A stretch of 64,000 nucleotides of DNA from Spirochaetia bacterium (GTDB taxonomy: Bacteria > Spirochaetota > Spirochaetia > CAKZLE01). Made by a program: the position numbers and the translations under genes. Shown piece by piece: positions 9,661 through 19,904 of the stretch. The stretch's first letter is position 1. Each line of letters opens with the position of its first letter. The DNA lies in NCBI GenBank assembly GCA_963677595.1, contig OY782041.1, positions 3,072,001 to 3,136,000 on the forward strand. Reading direction: 5' to 3'. The notes beneath the pieces are model-generated. The model saw only the letters and a program-made list of their open reading frames with translations. It did not search any database and was not told the DNA's origin.

Positions 9661-11079
9661 ATGAACAACCCAAACATAATCCTCATCCTAGCTGACCAGA
9701 TGCGGTATGACACGCTTGGCATCACCGGTAATCCGGTGATACAGACTCCACATATTGATTCTCTTGCTGATTCGGGCTGGGTCTTCACCAGACCCTATTC
9801 CTGCCTGCCCATCTGTATGCCGCAGCGGGTATCCCTGATGACTGGACAGTATCCGTCTGCACACGGGACGGTGTGCAACGGGATCCCGTATCAAGGTCGA
9901 TACCCAATGCTCCCCGAACTGCTCAGGGACCAGGGATACCAGACGTTCTCCTCGGGGAAGATGCACCTGAACCCTATCGCCGAGGGCTTCACGGAACCCC
10001 TGGAAGAACCTGGTGAAGTACAGGGACTCCCGTACATGGGGTTCGAGGGGCTGTATGATGTAGAGGGGTATACGTCTGCATATCTGAAGAGGATCAGCAA
10101 TGAGGCTCCTGAACTGCTGGAAGCAGCTAATCATCGTCCAGGGTTCACTGCAGAGGGACCATTTCAGGTGTGCCCGACCCCGATACCGCTTTCGCTGCAC
10201 AGGTCGACCGGTATTGCCGATCACGCGATCTCATTCATCCGGGGTCGGGACAGGTCACGGCCGTTCTTCCTGCATTGCTCATTCTGGGACCCGCATCACC
10301 CCTTCGATCCCCCAGATCCTTATGACAGGATGTATGAACCGGAGGACATGCCTCTGCCCATCCCGGGATGTGAGGAGGAGTTCTCTTCTCTTCCAAGCCA
10401 CTTTCAGGAGTGGTATACCCATTCATGGGGAGATGCCGGGAAGAATTTCAAGGAGCACAGCATGCAGGACTGGCAGAAGATATATTCCCAGTACTATGGG
10501 ATGATATCACTGATTGATGACAGTATCGGAAGACTGCTGCAGGTGCTGGAGGAGGAGGGTCTGCAGGAAGATACGATCATTATCTTCACTTCCGACCATG
10601 GGGAGCTCCTGGGTGACCACGGGCTGGCCTTGAAAGGCCCCTTCTTCTACGAGGGGCTGCTGAAAGTCCCGTTGATCATCCATGATCCCCGGACCCTGCA
10701 GGGATCGATGCAGACGATCGATGAGCCGGTCATGACCTATGATATCATGCCGACGATCATGGAGTGGTGTTCAGGTACCGTGCCTCCCATGACCGCGAGA
10801 TCCCTCGTCCCGTTCTTCATGGGAGATCCTCGTGAGCCGGATACGATCCTGATCGAGGGGGAGGATACCGGGATGGTCTGTCTGGTCGATGGGGACTGGA
10901 AAATCATCGTGTATCGTGACTTGGATCAGGGGCAGCTCTATAACCTCCAGGATGATCCCGAGGAGCGGGTCAACCTCTGGGACAGGGATTACCGGCAGCA
11001 AAGCAGGATGCTTCAACTAGTAGGTAGAGGGCTGCTCGAGCTACGTCCACCGGCAGGGCTGAGGAGCAGCAGATGGTAA
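9661..11079 (+). CDS. Sulfatase (S1 family)
   Basis: PNIILILADQ, CMPQR (CxPxR), GKMHL, DPHHP, TSDHGE. Confidence 0.92.
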   Translation: MNNPNIILILADQMRYDTLGITGNPVIQTPHIDSLADSGWVFTRPYSCLPICMPQRVSLMTGQYPSAHGTVCNGIPYQGRYPMLPELLRDQGYQTFSSGKMHLNPIAEGFTEPLEEPGEVQGLPYMGFEGLYDVEGYTSAYLKRISNEAPELLEAANHRPGFTAEGPFQVCPTPIPLSLHRSTGIADHAISFIRGRDRSRPFFLHCSFWDPHHPFDPPDPYDRMYEPEDMPLPIPGCEEEFSSLPSHFQEWYTHSWGDAGKNFKEHSMQDWQKIYSQYYGMISLIDDSIGRLLQVLEEEGLQEDTIIIFTSDHGELLGDHGLALKGPFFYEGLLKVPLIIHDPRTLQGSMQTIDEPVMTYDIMPTIMEWCSGTVPPMTARSLVPFFMGDPREPDTILIEGEDTGMVCLVDGDWKIIVYRDLDQGQLYNLQDDPEERVNLWDRDYRQQSRMLQLVGRGLLELRPPAGLRSSRW

Positions 11080-11119
11080 TTACCAAAGCGTATCGACCGA
11101 CACACAGGGAGAAAAAGGG

Positions 11120-12556
11120 ATGAAGAAGAATATCATCATGGTGGTTGCAGACGAGATGCGGGCAGACTGTGTAGGCTTTTGGGGTTCACCTGTCGCTAAG
11201 ACACCGGTTATTGACAGGCTGGCAGGGGCAGGCACGGTATTCATGAACCATTTCTCCAATCATGGGAAATGCGTGCCTGCCAGGGCCTGCATGTATACCG
11301 GGCAGTATGCGAACACAGGCGGTCATCGGTCGCTGGGGGTGATGATCCAGCCAGGGGAAGAAAACCTGGCTTCCCACCTCAAGGCAAACGGGTACGAGAC
11401 GGCTATGTTCATGAGGAACCATACGGTTGATGAATCCTATCATGGGGTTTGTTTCGACCATTGGGGACGGGCCCCTATCGACAATGACAGGAATCACTTC
11501 AGGAGGGCAGGGGGATGCACAGTACCTGAGGAGAAGGCTTTCTATTGGGGAAAGATCGAGGATGAGGATTATGTATCCTCTGACCGCATCCATGCCGAGC
11601 TTTTCTGTGAATGGCTCTCTGCGCGGGATTCTGGGAAGCCGTTCTTTGCAAACATCAACTTCATCAACCCGCATCCTCCCTATAATGCCCCTGAGGCTAT
11701 GGCGGAGCTCTTCCCCCTCGATGAGATAACACCATTCACTTCGCGGCATGCAAGTCCCGGTGAGCCGGATTTCATGAAGAGGATCAGGCAGGAGTATGGC
11801 GGGCTTGATGAAATCCTCACACAAGATCTTAAGAAGAAGATCCTGCAGTGCTACTATGCCCAGATCCTGGAGGTCGATACCTGCCTGGGGCTGATAGAAC
11901 AGCAGGTGAAGGACCTGGGTTTATGGGATGAGACCATCGTGCTGTTCATCAGCGACCATGGTGATTATGCGGGGCAGTATGATCTCGTGGAGAAATGGGA
12001 TACGGGGTTTCATGACTGCCTGCTCCATGTCCCGTTCTTCCTGAGCGGGGGAGCCCTGCCGTTCGGCTTCAGGACTGTTTCAGCACTGACCGAACATGTG
12101 GATCTCCTCCCGACCCTCTGTGAATTGGTCGGGGTGCAGCCGCCGTACGGAATCCATGGGACTTCGCTTGTTCCCCTCATCACCGTGGAGGCAGGGCAGG
12201 TCAAGGAATCAGTCTTTGCCGAGGGAGGACATGAGGATGCCCTGCTAGAGATCCCCATACCGCCTGATAAGCATAATGCCTACATCCCCTGTTACCAGGG
12301 GAAGGCCTCGGTCAGGTACGCATACCCGGAGACACTTCGCAAGGCAAAGATGATCAGGACGGAAGACTACAAGTATGTGCACCGGGTGACCGGGCAGCAT
12401 GAACTGTATGACCTGAAGGCAGACCCGATGGAACTGACGAATCTGGCAGAAGACAGCAGTTTTGCTGAAATATGTGATAGGATGAAGGACCGGCTGCTTG
12501 AGCATCTCATCCGTTATGAGAAGCACCAGCCGTTTGATCCGCATCCCATAGCTTAG
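11120..12556 (+). CDS. Sulfatase (S1 family)
   Basis: NIIMVVADE, CVPAR, PHPPY, SDHGD, ELYDL..DP.E..NL. Confidence 0.92.
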   Translation: MKKNIIMVVADEMRADCVGFWGSPVAKTPVIDRLAGAGTVFMNHFSNHGKCVPARACMYTGQYANTGGHRSLGVMIQPGEENLASHLKANGYETAMFMRNHTVDESYHGVCFDHWGRAPIDNDRNHFRRAGGCTVPEEKAFYWGKIEDEDYVSSDRIHAELFCEWLSARDSGKPFFANINFINPHPPYNAPEAMAELFPLDEITPFTSRHASPGEPDFMKRIRQEYGGLDEILTQDLKKKILQCYYAQILEVDTCLGLIEQQVKDLGLWDETIVLFISDHGDYAGQYDLVEKWDTGFHDCLLHVPFFLSGGALPFGFRTVSALTEHVDLLPTLCELVGVQPPYGIHGTSLVPLITVEAGQVKESVFAEGGHEDALLEIPIPPDKHNAYIPCYQGKASVRYAYPETLRKAKMIRTEDYKYVHRVTGQHELYDLKADPMELTNLAEDSSFAEICDRMKDRLLEHLIRYEKHQPFDPHPIA

Positions 12557-12566
12557 GAGTGTATAG

Positions 12567-14075
12567 TTGGGAGTCTCTTTCATACTGCTGACCCTGTTCA
12601 CCATCTTCCACCTGCTGAGGACATTGAGAAAGTCAGCCTTCTCGAAGCTGCTTCTGTTCAGGATCATCGGCCTCGACATCATCCTGTTCGTCCTCATCAT
12701 CCTTGCCGGTAAGGCAGAAACAGATTTCTACCTTGCCGGGCTGTCGCTGCTGAACAAGAAGATCTTCATGCTCTTCTCATCACTGACGATATCCAACTAC
12801 ATGCTCTTCAGGATGCTCAATACAGGTGTCTTCCTCTTCAGTGTTTCCATCCCGATGATCATCCGACCCTTCCTGGTCTCTGGACGCAGGATTGTCTCAT
12901 TCAACACCTACATGATCTGGCTGATCATCGGGATCTGTTTCGTCCTTTTCATCTACTGTAACGACCCGAGGGTGCTCTACCTCGTCTACCTGCGGTACAT
13001 ACAGCAGGATCCCCTGGTCACGGATCTTGCTGTCCGGGTGATGTTCCACCTGCAGAGGATCCTCTTCATGTTCGTGCTGTTCGTCTATCCACTCGTCACA
13101 CTTACCCTCTCAAGGAGAGGGGAGAAGCTGGTGATCAAGAAGAAGCAGATCCTTGTGGTCCTCTCCAACCTGTTGATCATGAACGCGTTCGTCTTCCTGT
13201 TCCTGGACAACAACGGGTTCAGTTACTTCCAGGTGGTGTTCAATCGGGCAACAACACTTGCCCCCCTGAGTATGGCGAAACTGCCGCCCTATTACCAGAA
13301 CACGATACCGCTCCTGTTGATCCTCTCTACTGAAGTATTCCTCATCTACCTGAATTTCAGCCAGATCATGACCCCTACAGACCTGCTTGAGAAGAAGATC
13401 ATCCTGAGGAATTCGGTCAACCTCCGCAAGAATCTTGGGGGGCTGTTCCATATCTTCAAGAACAACTACTTCAACCTGTACTGCCAGACGGTTAAGATCC
13501 GGGAGGAGCTCCCCGAACAGCATGAGGCGCTGGATAAAATGATCGATGAGATAGAGCAGATGCAGCAGGATCTCAACAAGCTCATCTCCTCGGTCGTTGA
13601 CATCAAGTTGTCCATCCAGCCCCAGCAGGTTTCAACCATCCTGAAGAAGGCTGTACAGGGAGGACCTCAACACGATGGGATCCGGTTGAGCCTTGCTATC
13701 GAAGGGGAGATCTGGATCCTGGGCGATGAGATCTATCTGGTCGAGGCTCTGCGGAACCTGATCAAGAACAGCATGGAGTCGATCATCCAGGATCGGGGGG
13801 CTGCCGGCGAGATCACGATACAGGCAGCCAGAGATAAGGCCTTCGCCGTGATCACGGTCTCTGATACCGGCGGGGGCATCCCCGCGAAGATCAGGAGGAA
13901 AGTCCTGCAGCCGCAGTTTTCAACGAAGGTCCAAAGGCAGAATTGGGGGCTTGGGCTCACATTCAGCTACCGGGTGATCAAGATGCACCTCGGGTACATG
14001 GATATTGTCTCGGAGGAGGGTGTCGGCACGAAGATCGAGATCCTGCTGCCGGTGTATGATGGAGGGAAAAGATGA
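12567..14075 (+). CDS. Membrane sensor histidine kinase
   Basis: Multiple N-terminal TM segments; H-box-like FHIFKNN, N-box NLIKNS, DTGGGI, GLGL; TTG start after AGGAG. Confidence 0.88.
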   Translation: MGVSFILLTLFTIFHLLRTLRKSAFSKLLLFRIIGLDIILFVLIILAGKAETDFYLAGLSLLNKKIFMLFSSLTISNYMLFRMLNTGVFLFSVSIPMIIRPFLVSGRRIVSFNTYMIWLIIGICFVLFIYCNDPRVLYLVYLRYIQQDPLVTDLAVRVMFHLQRILFMFVLFVYPLVTLTLSRRGEKLVIKKKQILVVLSNLLIMNAFVFLFLDNNGFSYFQVVFNRATTLAPLSMAKLPPYYQNTIPLLLILSTEVFLIYLNFSQIMTPTDLLEKKIILRNSVNLRKNLGGLFHIFKNNYFNLYCQTVKIREELPEQHEALDKMIDEIEQMQQDLNKLISSVVDIKLSIQPQQVSTILKKAVQGGPQHDGIRLSLAIEGEIWILGDEIYLVEALRNLIKNSMESIIQDRGAAGEITIQAARDKAFAVITVSDTGGGIPAKIRRKVLQPQFSTKVQRQNWGLGLTFSYRVIKMHLGYMDIVSEEGVGTKIEILLPVYDGGKR

Positions 14076-14746
14076 GTATACGGATCCTGATCGCAGATGA
14101 TATGCCTGATATCAGGGAGTACTTTCAGATGATCCTCTCGAGGGAGGCTGCCATCGATGTCGTTGCCGTGGCTGGCAGCGGTAAGGAAGCCTATGACATG
14201 GCAATCGAGCTGACACCTGATATCGTCCTCATGGATATCACCATGGAATCCCAGCTCTCCGGCATTGATGCTGCCTCAAGGATAAAGGCAGAGAATCCCC
14301 GGATAAAGATCATCATCCTCACGATGCATGACGATGATGATATCCTCTTCCAGGCATTCTCTGCCGGCGTGGATGACTACCTGATCAAGGACAGTTCTCT
14401 CTTGGAGGTGATCAAGTCGATTCAGGATGTCTATGATAACCAGCTGTCTCTGAGGCCTTCCATAAGCAAGAAGATCCAGCAGGAGTTCACCAGGCTCCGA
14501 GGGGAGAAGGAACGCCTGATCGAGACACTCAACATCATATCCAAGCTCACGAACTCTGAGTTCGAGATCATCAGGGCATGCTACATGGGCAAGAAGTACA
14601 AGCAGATCGCCAAGGACCGGTCCGTTGAGGAGGTGACTATCAGGACCCATGTGAACAACATCCTCAGGAAGTTCGAGAAGCGCAGGATGAAAGAGGTCGT
14701 GAAGCTCCTGGACGAGACCGATATCTTCAAGATCTATCTTCCCTGA
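14072..14746 (+). CDS. NarL/LuxR family response regulator
   Basis: Receiver ILIADD, DIVLMDI, LT, YLIK; C-terminal LuxR HTH; ATGA overlap with the kinase. Confidence 0.93.
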   Translation: MSIRILIADDMPDIREYFQMILSREAAIDVVAVAGSGKEAYDMAIELTPDIVLMDITMESQLSGIDAASRIKAENPRIKIIILTMHDDDDILFQAFSAGVDDYLIKDSSLLEVIKSIQDVYDNQLSLRPSISKKIQQEFTRLRGEKERLIETLNIISKLTNSEFEIIRACYMGKKYKQIAKDRSVEEVTIRTHVNNILRKFEKRRMKEVVKLLDETDIFKIYLP

Positions 14747-16434
14747 TACCCCACGATCACCTCCGTCGAACTGGCGTCTGGACTCTCCTTGTCTTTCAAG
14801 GGGTAGAGATAGAGGTCCCCATCCTGTTCCTCCACACCAAGGAAGACATCATATGGGCTCTTCTCGATATCTGCATGCATCGTGATACGGAAACCTTCCC
14901 CATATGATGTGGTGCCTTTGATCCAATCGATGACCGGTTCCCGTGAGAGGTCGACTGACGGCGGCCTGTGGAATCGGTGGGTGAGCAGGTATGGGCCGTA
15001 GAAGAGGTTTACTTCCCGGCCTTCCGTCGGTATCGCTTCCTCTGGTGCGGTGTCCGGGCAGGCACACCAGAGCCTGAAGGGAAGGTCGATCTTCATGGTT
15101 CCGGGGGTGAGGGGGAAGCAGGTAAAATCGGCTCCCTGGCCATTCTCGACCCAATGCGGCATGTACAGCCTGATCTCAGTGATCTCATGACCTGCAGTAT
15201 CTACGAGGAGCTGATGCTGTTCATGGTCGACTGTCATAGTGAGCGATGACCCGTCAGTGAACTGCCAGGTCCCGGTCACCGGGTGGTGGATCGTGACGGT
15301 ATGTGCCTGTCTCTCCACGAAACAGGACCCCAGTCGTGCCAGGGCCCAGCTGCCGTATAAAGAACAGCACCATGGGGCTTCCTTACCGTACTGGAGGTAT
15401 GATGAACCGAGTTCACAGGACCCGAATCCCCCGTTATATGCCTGGTTGTAGTAGATGTGGTTTTCCAGCACCAATATGGCTCGATCCATCCAGCGTGTCT
15501 CCCCGGTCAGCCTTGACAGTTTCAGGCAGATCATGATCCAATCGAACAGGGAGCATCCCTCATCGTAGACCCGCTCCCCTGGCTCGGGAATCCCGAACCG
15601 TTCCGGGACCCCGGCTGACTCGAGGATGCGGGTATCCCAGACAAGTTCCATCTCCTGTGCCAGTGACGTGAGCCCTTCCTCATTGCCAGTCTCTTCATAG
15701 TACTCAAGCAGGCCCCTTCGTATCGTGAGATACATATGGGAGTGGTCTGACTGCTCAAGGGGTGTCAGGTAGGGGATGAAGTTCCCCGCGAGTGTGAGGA
15801 GGTCGTTCCTGCCGGTGAGTCGGTAGAGGTCGACGATGGCGTCCAGGGCATGGAAGTAGCAGCTCCTCGTGATCGCATAAAAGCCGGTATCACGTTCAGG
15901 CAGGTCCATCCCTGCCCAAAGGGGGAATACCCGGAGGTAGTAATCTGCCAGGTGCAGGGCGGCAGTCAGGGCGTTTTTATCAGAGAAGACCCGTGCATAC
16001 TGGGTCAGTCCCCTGAGCATCCAGCCATTACCATACAGCTTGTGCATGTTCAGGGGGTTCTGCTCATGCGTGATGCAGCCGAAGCTCCCGTCCGTGTTCT
16101 GCATCCCGATCGCGGATGCCACGACCTGTCTCAGGAAAGCAGGTGGGACCTGTGAGGCTGACCAGGCGGTCGTCTCAGCGAGGATCCAGCGGCCGGCAAT
16201 ATCCCCGTGCACGCGGGGGAAGTTGGTCCAGGTCCCACGCTCCCCGGAGATCTGCGACAGGATGTATTCCCTCGAGTAGGGGAGCTGGTTGGTGATCCGG
16301 TGCAGTGACCAACCGAACCTGAAGCCGAGTTCTCCCCCCATGTGGTAGGATAGGATCTCTGAGCTGCCAGGTTGTGAAGCGGTGTGGAGGATCCGGGGGG
16401 ACTGTCCGGTGTTCTGCTCACGTATCGATTTCAT
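14734..16434 (-). CDS. GH127/GH146-like (beta-L-arabinofuranosidase family) glycoside hydrolase
   Basis: (alpha/alpha)6-type sequence with E-x-C (DEGCS) and CC (PWCCS) motifs typical of the Zn/Cys glycosidases; last gene of the ABC operon. Confidence 0.65.
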   Translation of the reverse strand: MKSIREQNTGQSPRILHTASQPGSSEILSYHMGGELGFRFGWSLHRITNQLPYSREYILSQISGERGTWTNFPRVHGDIAGRWILAETTAWSASQVPPAFLRQVVASAIGMQNTDGSFGCITHEQNPLNMHKLYGNGWMLRGLTQYARVFSDKNALTAALHLADYYLRVFPLWAGMDLPERDTGFYAITRSCYFHALDAIVDLYRLTGRNDLLTLAGNFIPYLTPLEQSDHSHMYLTIRRGLLEYYEETGNEEGLTSLAQEMELVWDTRILESAGVPERFGIPEPGERVYDEGCSLFDWIMICLKLSRLTGETRWMDRAILVLENHIYYNQAYNGGFGSCELGSSYLQYGKEAPWCCSLYGSWALARLGSCFVERQAHTVTIHHPVTGTWQFTDGSSLTMTVDHEQHQLLVDTAGHEITEIRLYMPHWVENGQGADFTCFPLTPGTMKIDLPFRLWCACPDTAPEEAIPTEGREVNLFYGPYLLTHRFHRPPSVDLSREPVIDWIKGTTSYGEGFRITMHADIEKSPYDVFLGVEEQDGDLYLYPLKDKESPDASSTEVIVGYQGR

Positions 16435-16440
16435 GTCATG

Positions 16441-17289
16441 TCATCCTTTGACTGACCCGCCAGTCAGTCCTGCTATGAAGTACTTGTTGAAGAAGAGATA
16501 GAGGATCACGATCGGAAGGATCGAGAGGATGGCCCCCGCGACCATGAGGTTCCAGGAGCTTGCCGCAGCCCCGGTATCACGGAGTGCCAGGATCCCCACG
16601 ATGAGGGGATAGGAGTCCCTGTTCCCGAGGGTGAAGACTCTTGGGAGCAGCCAATCGTTCCAGGATGCTCGTACCGCGAGCAAACCCACGGTTGCGACGA
16701 TCGGCTTGACGACCGGCATGATGATGTTCCAGTAGATCCTGAACGCGCTGCAGCCGTCGATCATGGCTGCCTGGTCAAGCTCCCTCGGTATGGTGTTCAT
16801 ATATCCCCGTACGAGGAACAGGGCCGACACGTTCAGCCCGAGCACCCTGATGATGATGACTCCCGTCAGCCCCTCGAGGTGGAAGAGCCCGGTGATCTTC
16901 ACTAAGGGAAAGAGGTTTATCGTTCCCAAGCTGATAAACATTGTCCCGGTGAACAGGGTGAACATGAACCGTTTCCCGAAGAACTCGCCTCGAGAGAAGG
17001 CATAGCCGCCCATGGTCGTCACCAGGATGGAACCGATGGTGATGAAGAAGGTCATATAGAGGCTGTTGAACAGGTACCGGGAGAAGTTGGCCTTGTGCCA
17101 TGCTTCCACATAGTTCTCAAACGAGAAGGATTGTGGAAAGAGGGTTGCCCCGGTGAGGAGCAGCTCCTGGTTGCTCTTGAAGGAGGCTGAGAGCGTATAC
17201 AGCAGGGGGAATAGGCTGAATGCCGTGATCAGCAGCAGGAAGATGTATATCCAGACCTGGGACATGAGTGGTTTCATGATATGCGTCAT
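16441..17289 (-). CDS. Carbohydrate ABC transporter permease (MalG-like)
   Basis: EAA loop IPRELDQAAMIDG; WND; ends GLTGGSVKG. Confidence 0.93.
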   Translation of the reverse strand: MTHIMKPLMSQVWIYIFLLLITAFSLFPLLYTLSASFKSNQELLLTGATLFPQSFSFENYVEAWHKANFSRYLFNSLYMTFFITIGSILVTTMGGYAFSRGEFFGKRFMFTLFTGTMFISLGTINLFPLVKITGLFHLEGLTGVIIIRVLGLNVSALFLVRGYMNTIPRELDQAAMIDGCSAFRIYWNIIMPVVKPIVATVGLLAVRASWNDWLLPRVFTLGNRDSYPLIVGILALRDTGAAASSWNLMVAGAILSILPIVILYLFFNKYFIAGLTGGSVKG

Positions 17290-17291
17290 AT

Positions 17292-18203
17292 TCAGTCCTC
17301 CAGCTTATCGGCATTTCGGGTGATCAGGAGATAGACCACGGTGAATGCTCCGATGACCACGGCGGTGACGAGTCCCATGGATGCTGCATAGCCGAATTGG
17401 GGTCGGAACCCGCCGGTCGAGAAGAACCGCTTGTAGATGTAGCTCATGACAACCTCCGTCTTGCCGCCGGGAGCCCCGTTGGTGAGCACCATGACGATAT
17501 CTGCCGCTTTCATGGTGGATATCATGGCAAGCATGAATACCACCTGGAGGATGGGAGCCAGTTTGGGGATCGTGATATACCAGAATTTCTGTATGGGACT
17601 CGCCCCGTCCATAGTAGCGCTCTCATACAGGTAGTCGGGGATACTCTGCAGCCCTGAGAGGAAGAAAATCATATTGATCCCGAATCCCTGCCAGATGGAT
17701 GCGATCGCGATGATGATGAGGCCTTTCGCCCGTGTGTCCCAGAAGTTGAGCTGTGATGATATCCATCCGAGGTCCAGCAGGAGCGAATTGATGATGCCCT
17801 TGTGGGATGCGAACATGAAGGAGAAGATGAGTCCAAGTATCGCAGGGCTGATGATCGTGGGCAGGAAGTATACGGTCCGGTAGAAGTTCCGCCCCTTCAG
17901 GAGTTTCCTGTTCAGCAGGATCGCGCACATCAGCGCCAGGGGAAGTTCGATCATGAGCTTCCCGAACGTGATGATCAGAGTGTTGCTCAGGGACATCCAG
18001 AACTCCGGGTTGCTGCCGTCGAACAACCTTGCGAAGTTCCCCAGGCCGATGAATACCGGTTCCCCGTAGCCCGGCCACCTGAACCAGGCGAGCCGGATGA
18101 TCCAGATAATCGGGTAGAGCCCGAAGAGCAGGAAACCTATGAATTGGGGCATGACCATCAGGAAGTACTGCACGGTATTGTGCCGTTCGAGTGAGTTTGT
18201 CAT
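17292..18203 (-). CDS. Carbohydrate ABC transporter permease (MalF-like)
   Basis: FIGLGNF, GLQSIPDYLYESATMDGA, FWYITIP. Confidence 0.93.
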   Translation of the reverse strand: MTNSLERHNTVQYFLMVMPQFIGFLLFGLYPIIWIIRLAWFRWPGYGEPVFIGLGNFARLFDGSNPEFWMSLSNTLIITFGKLMIELPLALMCAILLNRKLLKGRNFYRTVYFLPTIISPAILGLIFSFMFASHKGIINSLLLDLGWISSQLNFWDTRAKGLIIIAIASIWQGFGINMIFFLSGLQSIPDYLYESATMDGASPIQKFWYITIPKLAPILQVVFMLAMISTMKAADIVMVLTNGAPGGKTEVVMSYIYKRFFSTGGFRPQFGYAASMGLVTAVVIGAFTVVYLLITRNADKLED

Positions 18204-18220
18204 AGTAGGTCCTCGTATGG

Positions 18221-18260
18221 ACTCTATTCCCCGACAGGTAGAGCCGTCAGGGAATAGAGT
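18221..18260 (-). terminator. Stem-loop between SBP and permease genes (mRNA stabiliser/attenuator)
   Basis: ACTCTATTCCC...GGGAATAGAGT perfect 11-bp inverted repeat. Confidence 0.65.
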
Positions 18261-18281
18261 AGGGATGAAAAGGGTAGACTG

Positions 18282-19625
18282 TTACTGCTTATAGATGCTC
18301 ATGTCAACGAGACCGTCATCGACCGCTCGCTGCAGTGCCTTGTTGTACCTGGCATCGAGGTCAGCAAGCGCTGCCTTGATATTAACGGAATCATCGCTCC
18401 AGATGGTCATGAACACTTCCGCCCAGGTCTTCCCGTCAACGGCGATCTTGCTGTCAGGCCTTGGTGTCTCCGATGCATCGTTGCGGGTAGGGGCAAGCCC
18501 GATCCACTGCGGAGTGAGCGACCCTTCGGCTCCTTCGGTAACAGAGGGGAGTATCGGCAGGTAGAGGCCTTCCGCATATGCTTCCCGCAGGAGTTCATCG
18601 TCGTAGACGAAATCCGTCATGACGGTGATCAGCTTGTCCACAGGGACATCTGAGTCCTTGTTGATTGCATCGACAAGCCTGAATCCCGGGCTCATCGGCG
18701 TTGAGTATGCCATGCTGCCGGGGAATTCCATGACGGTCCACTCGAACCGGTCACCGATCGGGAACTGCTGAGTATAGACGCCATAGTCCCAGCTGGCTGC
18801 ATAGATGAAGGCGATATTACCGGAGGAGAACTCGGCTCGTGCCGTGTCGTTATCGAGGCCTTCAGCGCCCGGGAGGTATGATTTGTCCTGCTTGATATCA
18901 CGCATATAGGAGAGTACCGGTTCCAATGCACCGAAATCGTATGTACCTTCTTTCAGGTTGTACCATGCCTCAAATCCGTATTCGTTGGCCATACTGTAGA
19001 TCGCGTCGATCCTCCAGAAGTGCTCACCGTTCGATCCCCACTTCAAAGGCAGGGCGAAACCGAACTTCTTGCTGTTGTTGTCTTCTGTGACCTTCTTTGC
19101 CATCATCCGTACTTCATCCCAGTCCTTTGGGAGTTCATCGAAGCCGGAAGCTTTCAGGAGGTCCGTATTGACGATGAGCCGGAAGGTGTTCGCCACGACC
19201 GGGATATCATAGGTCTTGCCGTCGAAGACATGGATACCCTCGACGAGGTAGTCCTGGTATTTCTCCACAAGGGCCGCCCCGGCAGGGGTGCTGTCTATCG
19301 GCAGCACCTTGCCCGTCTCGACCCAGCTCGGCATCTGGTTACGGGTAGTGAACAGATCAGGGAGCTTCCCTGATTCCCTTGCGACAGCGATCACCTCATC
19401 GTAGTCACCGCCGAAGAACTCGGGCATAATCTTGACCCCGACTTCTTTCCCTCGTGTCTCATTCCACTCATCGATTTTCGCGATCTCGAAATCCCGTGAA
19501 TGTCCAACTCTTGCCCATAGCTTCACTTCAGTGATCTCATCCCCAGCCGGTTCCTGCTGCCCTGCAGCGAATACCATGGATGAGCATACGAGAAGCATCA
19601 TCAAGAGTGTCAGCAAACGTTTCAT
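18282..19625 (-). CDS. Carbohydrate ABC transporter substrate-binding protein
   Basis: Signal peptide ending VFAAGQQE; SBP family 1 features (PDLF, DGKTYDIP, P.DWDE). Confidence 0.9.
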   Translation of the reverse strand: MKRLLTLLMMLLVCSSMVFAAGQQEPAGDEITEVKLWARVGHSRDFEIAKIDEWNETRGKEVGVKIMPEFFGGDYDEVIAVARESGKLPDLFTTRNQMPSWVETGKVLPIDSTPAGAALVEKYQDYLVEGIHVFDGKTYDIPVVANTFRLIVNTDLLKASGFDELPKDWDEVRMMAKKVTEDNNSKKFGFALPLKWGSNGEHFWRIDAIYSMANEYGFEAWYNLKEGTYDFGALEPVLSYMRDIKQDKSYLPGAEGLDNDTARAEFSSGNIAFIYAASWDYGVYTQQFPIGDRFEWTVMEFPGSMAYSTPMSPGFRLVDAINKDSDVPVDKLITVMTDFVYDDELLREAYAEGLYLPILPSVTEGAEGSLTPQWIGLAPTRNDASETPRPDSKIAVDGKTWAEVFMTIWSDDSVNIKAALADLDARYNKALQRAVDDGLVDMSIYKQ

Positions 19626-19904
19626 TTGATTCTCCTTTTATTGGTGTTGCCCCAATGGTAGCACCTCAATGAGAATTGGGAAGGTCCAACTTTTCTCAAC
19701 ATTACGGGCCGGTTTCCTCCACAGGATAGCAGGTTTGAGGGAATATTTCTCCTACTATTTCGCAGGATTCCGCAAAGGGTGGAGAATATCCCAACGTATC
19801 GGGATGTACGTGCCACGGGCATGCGTCAAATGTGGATATTCTCTCTAATTGACGGCAGGGTGCAGCGGTTATAGGATTTTCACAGAAGTAAGAAAGGAGG
19901 TCCT

